From the NCBI GenBank assembly GCA_951406725.2, contig OX597821.1:59334001-59398000 (forward strand): a stretch of DNA of 64,000 nucleotides, written 5' to 3'. Position numbers and translations under genes: made by a program. A model generated the notes under the pieces. That model searched no databases and was not told where the DNA came from. It saw nothing but the letters and a program-made list of their open reading frames with translations. Shown here one piece after another: positions 1-13,668 of the stretch (positions are counted from its first letter, which is position 1; each line of letters opens with the position of its first letter). The stretch comes from Octopus vulgaris. Taxonomy: Eukaryota.

Positions 1-323
1 GTGTATAAATACATGTGTTAGACAGATTTTATAAATCTTTTCATATTTATTCTATCTAATCAGAAGAGGGATTGACTCATAGCTGTAAGGTTTGGGTTAC
101 AAAGAAATAAAGGAAATAAATGAAGAAATTGTCTGTTATTTGTATTAGTTTAGCAGCAATCACCACCATTAATATGCTCCATGGTTTTAGGTTTTGTTTT
201 TGGTACTGGTATTGATCATTTAAGATAACATTGACTTTCTTTTCTTGATTAGTTTGGAACTATTTTCATTGTATGTTTTCCAACATAATTTCTTGGAAAT
301 AATATTTTTTATTCTCCTTTCAG

Positions 324-410
324 CATGTTTGATGAAGCAATCCACCCAGACATTACATTTAATATAGGGAACAATGAAATTTCTGCTCATAAAATCATCC
401 TTCAAGCCAG
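324..410 (+). CDS. BTBD8: BTBD8-like exon (start of BTB1)
   Basis: tccttt cag|c ATG TTT GAT...CAA GCC AG|gtaat; MFDEAIHPDITFNIGNNEISAHKIILQAR. Confidence 0.85.
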
Positions 411-3400
411 GTAATTTAAATATAATCTGTTCCTGCACAAAGTTCAATTATTTTAGGAGAGCACTGTATTCAACTACATTACATGTATTATCTTAATAAT
501 AAAGGGAGAGGGAAATCTCAGTCAGGTATGGTAGGATTCAGGATTTGAGCTTGTAACTGAAAGGGATGAAACTAACAATGGTAATGCATTTAGTCTAGCA
601 CCAGGCTATCTTATGTATCTCTAAAATTATGATATTTATAAAGTTCTTTCAGCTGTATACATTTTACTCCATAAATAGTCGAGTTAAAATTCATGCAGAA
701 AATTTTCCAGTGTCACTAGTTTTGGAAAGTAGTTTTTGTTTTTAACTTCAATGTTGAATATGATTTTTGTTTTTTATATTTTCAATTGAACCATGGTAGA
801 GGTCATTCTTGGAAGCTTTTCAGACCCAGTTACCTTCCTATTCAAGTTTTTCATGCAGGTATTAGCCTACGGGTTCTTTTTTATGCATCACCTCTGAGAG
901 AATCTGCAAAAACCATAGGTGTTGTCCTTCCTTCCATAGTTTATCATGATTTAACGTTCATGTTGACTTGGGTTAGCTTGTTTGACAGGATCTGATTGGC
1001 CCAAGGACTCCATCATGCTCCAGTATCTGTTTGACATGGTTTTTAAGGCTGGATTGCTCTTTCTAATGCTAACCACTTTACAGTGTGTATTGGACGCCTT
1101 TTTCATGCAGCCACTACTAGTGAAGTTGCCATGTAGCTTACAAAACCATGAAACCTCGAATAAGGATGGAGAACTTTATGCTAGGAGAATAAAGACTAGA
1201 TATTAGTAAAGTATGAGGGGAAACAGGCTGGAGCAGAACAGGTTTCTTGTTGTAGAGAAGCTACATAACTACCCACGTTTTAGAAGAGGGGTGGGAGGGG
1301 GGAGAAGCTAGAAATCAGTGATGAGCTGATTTATGAAAAAAAAAACCATGATTACTTACTACAGAAAACTCAAATATTCTTTTTCTTTTCCAGAGAAGGA
1401 GATATCTACAATCTATTGCTAAATAACCTGGCAAACGATAATTCTACAAATGCAAAAAATGTCACTTACAAAGAGGTCCGTGATTTTTTAAGGTAAGTTC
1501 ATATGTCAGTTTTATCTTTTTAGAACTGTTTCTAACAAACAGCTGTCTAAAGTTCTTTCTATTTTATCCATTTGCCTGTTTAAATCACAAAGTGACACAC
1601 TGGGCATATTTCCCTGGTGTCTGCACATCACGTATATATTCCCAACTTTTTTTTTTTTTTTTCAACCAGAGTAACTTAGTGTTTATGAAAGGAAAGCTTT
1701 ATATTACTTAGAATTATGAAACAAGAACTAATTTAAAGTCTGCAAACAAGCATGGGCATTTAGAACAAACTTATGAAAATGTTTTGGACTGGAAATGGCT
1801 TGATGTGACAGTAAAGAAACTTCCAGATTTATTTATATATAGTATATATATAATATAGAAAAATTGTGAGTTAGAGGTTATGCAACCATCTAAGGGATAA
1901 ATGTATCCATAGGTGTGTTACCTCACTTAGTTTTTAACAAGAGCATTATTTGTAATCATAGGGACTTATCTAGCAGTCACAAACAAAGTTATATATTACA
2001 ATTAACAACACCAGATATTACTACTCGGTATAACTCCTTAACTAACACCTCCTGTCAACTAGTCATTTTACCTGATTATTGCTCTATTCATCTAATTGAA
2101 CCCAAAAAGGGCATAAAAATGTAAACCTAAAGACTTAAAAAACTTTCCTTTTTTCCTTTTTCTTTTCATTTCCCTTTTTCTCCTATTTATATTCCTCTGA
2201 TAAACTCTAAATCATTCTGATGATGCTTGTTAAATAGAATGAGATAAATGCAAATTTACTTCAAAATAACAAACCAAAACAGCTGTAAATTTTCTTGAAC
2301 TACAATTAAGCTATGACCTTTTAATATCAATGATCAATTTCTAATTGTTAATTATTGCTCCATTTCTTTTCTTATATGATGTATAATATAATCATTGCAA
2401 AGATAGAAAGTTACCAAGCCTGCTACTAAAATTCACTGATATCAACAGATATTGAATTTCAATATTTTAAATGGTAAAAAGGCAGTAAACTTGCAGAATT
2501 ATTAGCACGCTGGGCAAAATGCTTAGTGGCATTTCATGTCTTTACATTCTGAGTTCAAATTCTACCAAGATCCACTTTGCCTTTCATCCTTTCAGGGTTG
2601 ATAAAATAAATGCTAGTTGAGCACTGGGGCTGAAGTAATCAGCTTACCCACTTTCCTGAAATTGCTGGCCTTATGCCAAAATTTGAAACCAATATCTTAA
2701 ATGGTAAAAATAAATTTCAAACACATTTGTGTATATAATTAGTTGTAAACCTTATATACTAAAAAAAAAAAAAAATTATAAAAAAAATTAATGAATTAAA
2801 ACTTAATAAATATTTGCTTAACTAAATAGTTCTTGTAGCAACTGAAAATAATATGAATATTGTTGTAGTATCTTAATAACCTTTTCTTATCCTACAACAA
2901 ACTTGAAAGATGCTGATATCTTTATTATATTCTGTGCCTGCAAGTCTGTATAATGATCCATGCTCTTTTTCCCCTGCTCTCCCAAATTTTCAAAATAGTC
3001 TTTGTAGAATAAAGTATTAATTTCTTATACTAACACACAGCCAGCATTTATAGGAGAGAGGTATGATATTTGAGCATATTTTATCGATCCCTATAGAGAT
3101 GAAAGGCAAAATGGAATTCCTTTATTTTACTTATTTCAGTCATTGGACTACAGCTATGCTGGACCACTGCCTCAGAAGTTTTAGTTGACCAAATCAATCT
3201 CAGTACTTAGTTTTTAAGTATGTTTGTTCTTCTGTTAGTCTCTTAAAAAAAATTTTAAAGATTGCTTCAGTACTGATCTGTGGCTGAAAAATAACTAATG
3301 TTGTTACTTTTCAATATTTCAAGCAGTTTAAGGTAGCAAACTAGCAGAATCATTTGTTCACCAGGCAAAATGCTTAGCAGCACTTTGTTTTTATATTCAT

Positions 3401-6400
3401 CATCATCATCATTTTACATCCGTTTTCCATGCTGGCATGGGTTGGCTGGTTTGATTGAGGTCTGGAGAGCCAGCGTCTGCACCAGGCTCCAATCTGATCT
3501 GGCAGTGTTTCTACAACTGGATGCCCTTCCTAACGTCAACCACTCCAAGAGTGTAGTGGGTGCTTTTTATATACCACTGGCACAGGAGCCAGTCAGGCGG
3601 GCCTGGCATCAATCATGTTTGGCTGGTGCTTTTTAAGTGCCACTGGCACAAGAGCCAGTCAGGGGGGTACTGGCATTAGCCACGATTGGTTGGTGCTTTT
3701 TACATGCCATCTGCACTGGAGCCAGTCAGGTGGACCTGGCATCAATCATGTTTAGATGGTGCTTTTTGTGTGCTATCAGCACAGGAGCCAGCCTGGGGGT
3801 ACTGGGATCAGCCGAGTTCAAAGTTTACCAAGGTTGACTTTACCTTTCATTCTTTAGTGTTTGATAAAAATAAGTACCACTTGATCACTGGGGGTCAATG
3901 TAATAGACTACCCCCTCAAAAAATTGCTGGCCTTGTGACAAAATGTGAAACCAACATTTCAAACAGTTTGTACCACCATTACCAAAAATATAATTGGAGC
4001 AAACAATTTCCTTTTCTTCACATGCTTAAAGTTTTCTGGTTTTTTTGTTTTTTGTTTTTGTTTTTTTTTTTCACATGTTTGACTCAAAAGAAAGACAAAA
4101 ACCAATTTTTCAATTTCCGTAAAATCAATATAAATGCTATTGTATGCAATATGTTGAAGAATTTGGCATCATTTCAAATCATTCTCATTTCTTAAAAAGT
4201 GATTGATGTTTAAAAAATTCTTTACTTTGGGTATTATTTGCTTAATATTGAATTTTGTGGCAGCCAATATGATATTGTATTTATAGATTTAGATGCCAAG
4301 GAAATGAGGTATTGAAGTTTGTGTCAAAAATTTCATCTCATCATGCGGTAAAATAGCTTTTAGTTTTTTATTCAAACAAGATTCTTTAATTGCTAAGATA
4401 TTTCTTTCTTTTTTTTTTTTTCCCCAAGATTTCTGTGTGTAAAATTACCATGTAGGCATGGCTGTATGGTTAAAAAGCTTGCTTTACAATCATGTGGCTT
4501 CAAGTTCAGTCTCACTACACAGCATCTTGGGCAAGTGTCTTCTCCTATGGCCCAGGGCTAGCTAATGTTTTGTAAGTGAATTTGATAGATGGAAACTGTG
4601 TGGAAGCTCATTTGCATATACATGTGTGTGTCTTTGTGATTGTACTGTGTCTTAACCCCCACCACTTGACAACAGGTGTTGGTATGTTTACTTCCCCATA
4701 ACTTATCAGTTTGACAGAAGTGACTGATAGAATAAGTACCAGACTTCAAGAAAAAAAAAGCCCAGAGGTCGATTTGTTGAATTGAAACCCTCCAAGGCTG
4801 TACTCTCGCATGGCCACAGTCCAGTGACTGAAACAAGTAAAAGAAGATGCCTTGTCTTACATCAAAGAGGTATATTCTTTGTCTTTGCAAATAGAAGTCT
4901 CTATACTGTTTATGATTGGTAACCGAAATTTTCTTTCCTTGAAAATATTCAGTCACTACATTATATTCTTGTTGTTCTTCCTGTTTAGTAATGTGATTTT
5001 GTTGCTGCAAAAGTTTTCATTTTACACAATAATTTTGTATTTATCTTTTATTCTGCAGGCAACTCTATACAACGCAGTGTGCTGACACTCTTGTACAAGA
5101 GTTTCTCAGGAAACTTTCCAATGAAAATACTTCAGAGAACGACATCCTTGCTGAGTCATCGTGTGTGAATGGTAACCCTGAGGATAGCACAGAGTTGGAG
5201 CCGTACTCAGAACATGCTGAAACATCTCTTAACAATGGCTTCCACATTCCTATACAGAGAGCTAAAGCAATTCCCACCAAGAAGTCATCTCCATATTTCC
5301 TGTATAATTATGGAGGTGGCAGCACCAGCAGCAGTTATAGCAGCAGTCATGGCAGCAGTGTTACTGAAATGTCTTGTTCTTCTGTTTTATCTTCTTCTCT
5401 GAGCAGTGGTAACGGTAGCTTTATTGAGCTAGCAAGACCCAGCAAGAGCTATGGCTCGCACCAATCTGTTGAAAATATCAGCCCTTCAATAAGTCCAGAA
5501 GCCCAACGCCAACAGTTCAATGAGATTCGGCAAGCTTCGTTTGTCAATTGTGATACTGTTGTTGCACCACCAGAAGAAACAGCCAAAGATGTACAAGAAC
5601 CCACCTCAGAAACTATTACAAGTAGTTTATTAGCCTGTCAGCGGCTTCCAGATTTGATTACAACGTCGACCAGTCTGCCACATGAGGCCTGTTGTAAACT
5701 TGGTAGTCAGTTATTACGGATGCTTTTACAGGGAACTACAACAAACTGTGTTTTAACAGCACGTACCCAAGACTTTCGCAGTCACAAGTAAGAAATCTAA
5801 AAACTTGAAAAGCATAAATGCATTTATAGAAGTTGCGTGATATGAATGTTAGCAAACCTTTCTCTATATCTAGATAGATAAAACTGATTTTCTGTATTTG
5901 ATGGCGTTAAAGACATCCAGGCGTATTAGACACAGTCCCATTTCAGTTGCACATATTTAGGAAAAAGTGAGTGTAAGGGACAAAATCAGCTTATGGGAAG
6001 CCCAGCTTTGCTCATAGGACCCAGGACAACTTATTTTTCCTTTCAAACATTTCTTTGGTAAAAAAGTGTCTTACATATATAGAATTAATGAAAATTTTAT
6101 TTATAAATTCCCATCTCAAATTCAACATCGCATTTTTTATTGAAAGTATTTACAAATATGCAAGCTTTTGAATTACATGAATATAATTTAATTTGAAGGC
6201 AGCCTGTTAATATAAATGATGAGTTGCTTTCCCCAAGTTGAATTGTTGCATGGTTTTGTGTAAAGAGAACAAAATTTTGTTTTAGTGCTTTACTGAGTTA
6301 TTACAGAAAATATAATTGTTCAGCCTTAAATAATGTTTCATTTATGGTTTTTAAATCATCCTAAGACTGATTTCACTTTTCTCCTTAAATTTGCCCCTAC

Positions 6401-7977
6401 ACCTCCCCTTATCCATCACTCCCTGCATCCACCCTTCAACTCCACTCAATCTTTACAACTGTTGCCTCTCTCCTCCTCCCATTTCTTGTCACCTCATACA
6501 CTCCTGCAAACTCCTACACATCCGTACTCTTAGTTCTATTTATTCACCTTCTACTTCAAGGGGCCAACTGAACACCTCATCACCACTATTTGTCTCTTTG
6601 CAGCTCTTACTGATCATTCCATCCTCTCTTCTAAATATGAGTAACCATGTAAGCTCATCTATAACAAGGATCTGCTCTGTCTCCCATCTCTCAAACTCTA
6701 ACCCCTCATCTCTTAGCCTAAAGCTGATCCCACCCCACTTTCAGCCTTCATAGTCTCTCACAAGCTGCATGGTAACCTCACTATTACCAATTTTTATTAA
6801 AAAAGCACCTAGTACACTCAGTAAAGTGGTTGGCATTTAGGAAAGGCCTTCAACCATAGAAACCATGCCAAAGCTGACATGGGAGCACAAGGCAGCCCTT
6901 GGACTCATTGGGTTCTGTCAAATCATCCTATGTATTTATTTTTCATTAGCTGGCCTCAAGAAGAGCAGTGCCTTAAAGGTATTTCTCAATTGGAATGTAA
7001 GGATATTTCTGTGTGATTAATATCATTGGTGATCAATATCGTTTTAACTTATTGTTGTCAGAGAGAAAGGCATTGGCAGAAAGAGAATACTACAGAGATG
7101 AAGTTCTGTGTTTGTAGCATTCAATTGTATTTTGTGTAAAAAGACAGTAACCGTTTAAAGCTGAAAATTTTTCTGACTCTGAAGAAGAGACCTAGCCACT
7201 GTGATGTAGTATTGGCTTTGTTAAGTGTGCATGTGTATGGTTATCAGGTAGTTCTCTTGCAGTCACTGGTAATTATGCATAACCAAATGCAGGTAACACC
7301 AACCATAAATCTTCCCTAATATCTACAATTCTCATCTGATTTACATTAACTCTGAATGGAGATGGGAAATATCCTGGAATGGAATATGGACATGAATTAA
7401 TCTTATTCAACTACATCAAGACACAGAAATTAAACCTAAAATAATACTGTTCTTCATTTGTTAGTACTTTCAAGGTTCTCTGCGTTGTTGCTGTTTAAGG
7501 TAGCAATTAGCAGAATCATTAGCACTCCAGATGAAATGCTCAATGGCATTTCATCCATCTTTTTACATTCTGAGTTCAAACTCTGTCTATGCCAATTGAA
7601 CACTGAGGTTAATGTAATCAATTAGCCCCTTCTCCAAAATTTCATCCTTTGTGCCTATAATAGAAAGAATTATTAGTATTATTCTTAACATTTTCCCTTG
7701 GTATCTGCTGTTTTATACATTATATATTGGGTACCATATAGACACCCGGGGGAGATAATGGAAATGATGTTCTTTATACATTGGATAATTTATATGATAT
7801 TGAGAAGCATTAGGATTAGGTAATTGTTTTTAAAAAAGCATATATGTGCATGAGTGTTTAATAGAGTCCTACCGCATGGCACCTTGGGCAAAAGTCTTCT
7901 ACTTTAGCCTTGGGCCAACCAAAGCCTTGTGATTGGATTTGGTAGACGGAAACTGAAAGAAGTCCGTCATATATATG

Positions 7978-8008
<31 letters not shown>

Positions 8009-8987
8009 TTATGTGTGTGTATATGTTTGTGTGTCTGTGTTTTTCCCCACCAACATCGCTTGACAACTGATGTTGGTCATTTACATCCCCGTAACTTAGC
8101 AGTTTGGCAAAAGAGACCGATAGAATAAGTACTTGGCTTCCAAAGAATAAGTCCTGGGGTCGATTTGCTCGACTAAAAAGGGGGTGCTCCAGCATGGCCA
8201 CAGTCAAATGACTGAAACAAGTTAAAGAGTAAAAAGACAGAGTATAAAACTATGAAATTTAAGGTGATAGTGCTCCTTGCAAAATGTACAATGTCTATTA
8301 GAATTATTTTCTGTAATTTTCGTTATTGTTATTAAAGTGGTGAGCTGGCAGAATTGTGAGTACACGGGATGAAATGCTTAGCGGTATTTCACCTGTCGCT
8401 CTGTTCTGAGTTCAAATTACGCCAAGGTTGACTTTGCTTTCTATCCTATCGAGGTTGATAAAAATTAGTACCTGTTGAAAACTGGGGTCGATGTAATTGA
8501 TTTAACCCCCTCCCCCAAAATTGCTGCCCTTGTGGCAAAATTTGAAACCATTATTATTATTAACAATAATAATTTTATTATTATTAATTTTTATTATTAT
8601 TATTTATTTTGTCAGGTGTATTTTAGCAAGCAGATCAAAATATTTCTATTCTATGTTTAATGGATCATGGGCAGAGACAGATGCTGAGAAATTACATTTA
8701 GAGAGGTAATTTTTTTTTTTTTTTACTCTTTTCTATCTAGAAATTGTTGAAAAATAATTGTATTTAATGTTTAGTAAACTAAGAGGTCATATCCTTTGTA
8801 GGGTTTTGTAAAATCTGTTTTATATTTAGTATTAAAGCTATTGATATATAGCTTCAATAACAGACAGTCAGTCAAAATCCATTGAAACAGTTGCAAAAAC
8901 AGCTTTCTAGAATAAATAAATAAATAAATAAATGGAAAATTGAACTGGTGAGTGTGTTATATCAAAACACTATGTCTCTCCCTAGAC

Positions 8988-9045
<58 letters not shown>

Positions 9046-12000
9046 TTATTGGACTGGCTCTTATGCTGGTGACATGTAAAAAGCGCCCACTACACTCTCA
9101 GAGTAGTTGGCACTAGGAAGGGCATCCAGCTGTAGAAACCAGGGCAGATCAGATTGGAGCCTGGCGCAGCCTCCTGGCTTGCCAGTCCTCAGTCAAACCA
9201 TCTAACCCATGCCAGCATGGAAAGCAGACGTTAAACAATAATGATGATAAAACAATACAATGTGCATTGTGACCAACAATATATAACATCTGATTGTCTG
9301 GTTGATACCATGATGAACTTAATCTATATGTGAACTGTACTGTTTTGTTGTACTAATTCTATTCTAGATAAAATATTTTCTCTAAATGAAGAAAATGTAG
9401 TTTTTCTGTACATAGAGAATACACTTTAACCAAATCTATCTTATATTTATTTTGTCTAAAATTAATTCCTTTTCTTTGATGACTTGTATTTTATATATAT
9501 ATATATATATACACTTTGAAATGATTGCATTTTTCTTTTTCCTTTTTACAGTATCAGTTCAGTTGTTTTGGAACAATTACTACTTTTTCTATATGGTGGT
9601 GTTGTTGATCTCATTGATAATTGCGATGTGGTAGAACTGCTGGTAATCGCAGATATGTATGCCATCGATGGACTCAAAGATGTTGTCTGCTTTAATTTGC
9701 GATATGAAAAGTGTCACTTCTTTCATAAGGTAAACATTTTAATTAACCTGTTTTTTAAAATTAATTTAACCTTTTAGTGTTTAAACCAGCCATATTTGGC
9801 CCAAAATATTCAGTTTTATATTCAAACCAATCAGGTCTGATCTCTAACACCTACCTGCCACACATACAAAATGTCATTCTAAAAATAAACAATAGCATCA
9901 TCAAAATGCATGAATAATTCAAAATTAATGGGAATAAATAAGCATTACATTTGACCGAGTAATTTGAATGTTAATCTTTTTAATATTACCACTTTACTCT
10001 TTTACTTGTTTCAGTCATTTGACTGAAGCCATTTTGGAGCATAGCCTTTAGTCGAGCAAATTGACCCCAGCACTTATTCTTTGGAAGCCTAGTACTTATT
10101 CTATCGGTCTCTTTTGCCAAACTGCTAAGTTACAGGGACGTAAACACATCACCATTGGTTGTCAAGCAATCTTGGGGGGGGGGGGACAAACATATACACA
10201 CACATCCATATACATATATATGATGAGCTTCTTTCAGTTTCCGTCTACCAAATCCATTCACAAGGCTTTGGTCAGCCCGAAGCTATAGTAGAAGACACTT
10301 GCCCAAGGTGCCACGCAGTGGAAATGAACCTGGAACCATGTGGTTGGTAAGCAAGCTACTTATCACACAGCCACTCCTGCGCCTACACCATTTACAAAAT
10401 ATAAGGTCCTGTTCCCTTACGGTTTGATTTTGTTAATCTTTGACATAATAGAAAAGTTGTGAGTAATAGTTATTTATTAATGTCAGTGTGCATACTCAAC
10501 AGAGTGTAAGTGCCTTGACAGAAAAGCTGGATGTAAGAAGCATGAGATGTGGTGTGCAAGAGAGACGTTTGTGCTGGTATGGTCATATGGTGAGAATGGT
10601 TGAGGATAGCTGTGTGAAAAAGTGTCACACCCTAGCGGTTGAGGGAACCTGTGGAAGAGGTAGACCTAGGATGACCTAGGATGAGGTGATGAAGCACAAC
10701 CTTCAAACATTAGGCCTCATCGAGGCAATGACTAATGACCAAGACCTTTGGAAATATGCTGTGCTTGAGAAGACCTGGCAAGCCAAGTGAGACCATAACC
10801 CATGGCCTTATGCCAGTGGTGTAACCAGCTCACTTATGTGTACCTTTCCCTCATTGGACACTAAACTTTGCTTGCGAAGACCTGTTGAAGCAAGTGAAAT
10901 CAAAATTAAATTCGATGACAGCACCACATGACTGGCATCTGTGCTAGTGGAGCGCTAAGAGCACCATCCGAGCGTGATCGTTACCAGCATCACTTTACTG
11001 GCACTTGTGAAAAACATTTGAGTGAGGTGGAATGGCTCCTGTGCATGTGGCACGTAAAAAACACCATTTGAGTATGGCCGTTGCCAGTACCGCCTGACTG
11101 GCCCTCGTGCTGGTGGCATGTAAAAGCACCCAGTTCACTCTCGGAGTGGTTGGCATCCAACTATAGAAACTCTGCCAGATCAGATTGGAGCCTGGTGCAG
11201 CCATCTGGCTCGCCAGTCCTCAGTCAAACTGTCCAACCCATGCCAGCATGGAAAGCAGACATTAAACAATGATGATGGTGATGATAAATATCACAGTCAA
11301 TGTGCTGTTTTAAATTTCAAATATTTAGATTTATTATTTATGTTTCTAAGTGTGAACTTCAGTTGCATTACCTGTTACTGACACTTCATTGGGCAAACCA
11401 TCTATTGTAATAACATTCATTCAACCCAATATTTAACCCATTATTATTTATAGCTTTGTCTGCTTCAAGTTCTACAGTTAAAAAAGATAAATGAATAAAT
11501 AAAAAATTATTTCACAATCTGTTTGTAAATTCTCATGATGTAAACAAAAATATGATTCTCATGGTAAGAATCTTCTAAAGTGGTTGGAGAATTCTGAAGG
11601 CTTGCTTTGGCACAATGGTAGAACATCTGTCATGTTTACAGATGTAGGTTTGAGTCTCATGGGCATCCTTTGACTTTTTCTATCTAACAGGTTTTTTTCA
11701 CCCAATATTTACATGCTTTTATTTATAGCTTTATCTACTTAGAATTCCACCATAAAAATCTGATACGGTCCGTATTTGGGGCTATCGATATTAAACTGAT
11801 TTTTAGAACGAGGCGAAGTGTTAGGGGCTTGCTCCACATTTGCCACGGGTGGCCTGGTATTGCAGTGCTTCCAGGATTCAGCCGTTTTTAGGCACAGGAG
11901 TGGCTGTGTGGTAAGTAGCTTGCTTACCAACCACATGGTTCCGGGTTCAGTCCCACTGCATGGCACCTTGGGCAAGTGACTTCTACTATAGCCTCGGGCC

Positions 12001-13613
12001 GACCAGAGCCTTGTGAGTGGATTTGGTAGACGGAAACTGAAAGAAGCTCACCGTATATATATATATGTTTATGTTTGTGCTTGTGCCCCCCAACATCGCT
12101 TGACAACTGATGATGTGTTTACGTCCCCATAACTTAGCGGTTCGGCAAAAGAGACCAATAGAATAAGTACTAGGCTTACAAATAAGTCCTGGGTCGATTT
12201 GCTCGACTAAAGGCAGTGCTCCAGCATGGCCTCAGTCAAATGACTGAAACAAGTAAAGGAGTAAAGAGAGAATATTTATGCTGGTAACTGTGAAAATGCT
12301 TGAGCAATAATTTCTACCATCAAATAATTTATCAATAATCATTCTAAAAATAATTTAAATATTTTTTACATACAAAGTAACTTAGTAGTATTGCAGATGT
12401 ATTGTTACTGTTGATCTAAACATCATTGAATGTATGATTTTTATTTATCTTTCAAGCCATGTCCTGGTTGCATTGCTGGAGTTCCAGAGGTGTTTGTCTT
12501 GTCAAAGATGTATAACATGGCTGATTTGTATGAACGTTGCCTTAAGTGGATCAACAAAAACTTCAGCAAAGTATGGCCAACCAAGTCCTTTTCTATGATG
12601 CATGACAACCTCATGAATGCGTGCTGTCAGAGAGCAATCAAAGATATGGTATAATGCAACTATTTACTCAGTTTTTTTTTCTTTTGCTGTTTATAGACTT
12701 TGAAAGTGTGTGTGTGTGTGTCATATATACATATATGTCTTGCAAACATATAAGGGTGCAATGGATAAATTGTTGCCTTTCATATTAATTCTGTGCATTG
12801 TTTGTTTTTGATTTTGTCAACTAAACAGTATAGTAGGGTCAGCTGGGCACTATCAGTGAGAAAAACTGCACCATGACTCAGTTCATTTTGCCAGAAATTT
12901 GGAAACGACATACTGTAATACTTGGCATTTACTCCGGAAGCTCCAATATGAACAGATGAACACACAGAACAACCGTTGGCTTGCCGTGTCCCTAAAATGT
13001 ACCGAGAGTGGTAAAAATCAAACATCCAGTTGACATCATGGTATTTGGAGTGATCACTAGTGATGGTAACGTTATGCCTCCATTCATCTTCCCACACAGT
13101 CTCAGACTCAACACAAAGGCCTACATCAAGTGCCTGGAGGAGGCAGGGCTGCCCTGGGTCAAGAGTGTAGCTGCTGGAAGACCTATGTCTTGTAACAGGA
13201 CTCTGCACCATGTCACACAAGTAGGGGAATCCAGTCATGGTTGCCAGACAATTTCTGCAACCACATCACCTTTAACATCTGACCACCTAACTCCCCAGAC
13301 TGCAAACCCACAGTTGAGGGAGAGACCAACAAAACTCCTTGTAACAACGAAGATGAACTGAAGGCAAGGATTATGGCAGCATTCACCAACTTAAATAAGG
13401 AGACAGTCCAGAAGAGTTGCAGGAGATTCTAAAGTCATCTGGAGGCATGGTTGAAGCCAATGGCAATTTTATTGAACAAATTTACTCTTTAGTATTCCAA
13501 GTTATTGTAATGTAATTTTGGTAAATATATCTGTTAAAATGAGATGTCAGTGTTATTTTCATTTTTGTGTAATTTAGACAGTATATTCATCGCACCCTGT
13601 ATGTATGTATGTA

Positions 13614-13668
<55 letters not shown>

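Noticed and set aside
2190-2300. ctgatga...aaaacagctgta, a Penelope-terminus or hammerhead-like string
   Set aside because: No GAAA and no convincing stems; at most a decayed relic
3370-4195. Cluster of ORFs up to 169 aa
   Set aside because: They lie across an antisense RTE 3' UTR, a SINE and a poly-T tract; spurious, like most short ORFs in the track
6333-6753. Pro/Ser/Leu-rich ORFs in a C/T-rich tract
   Set aside because: Low-complexity repeat-associated sequence in a BTBD8 intron, with no splice fit to the gene model
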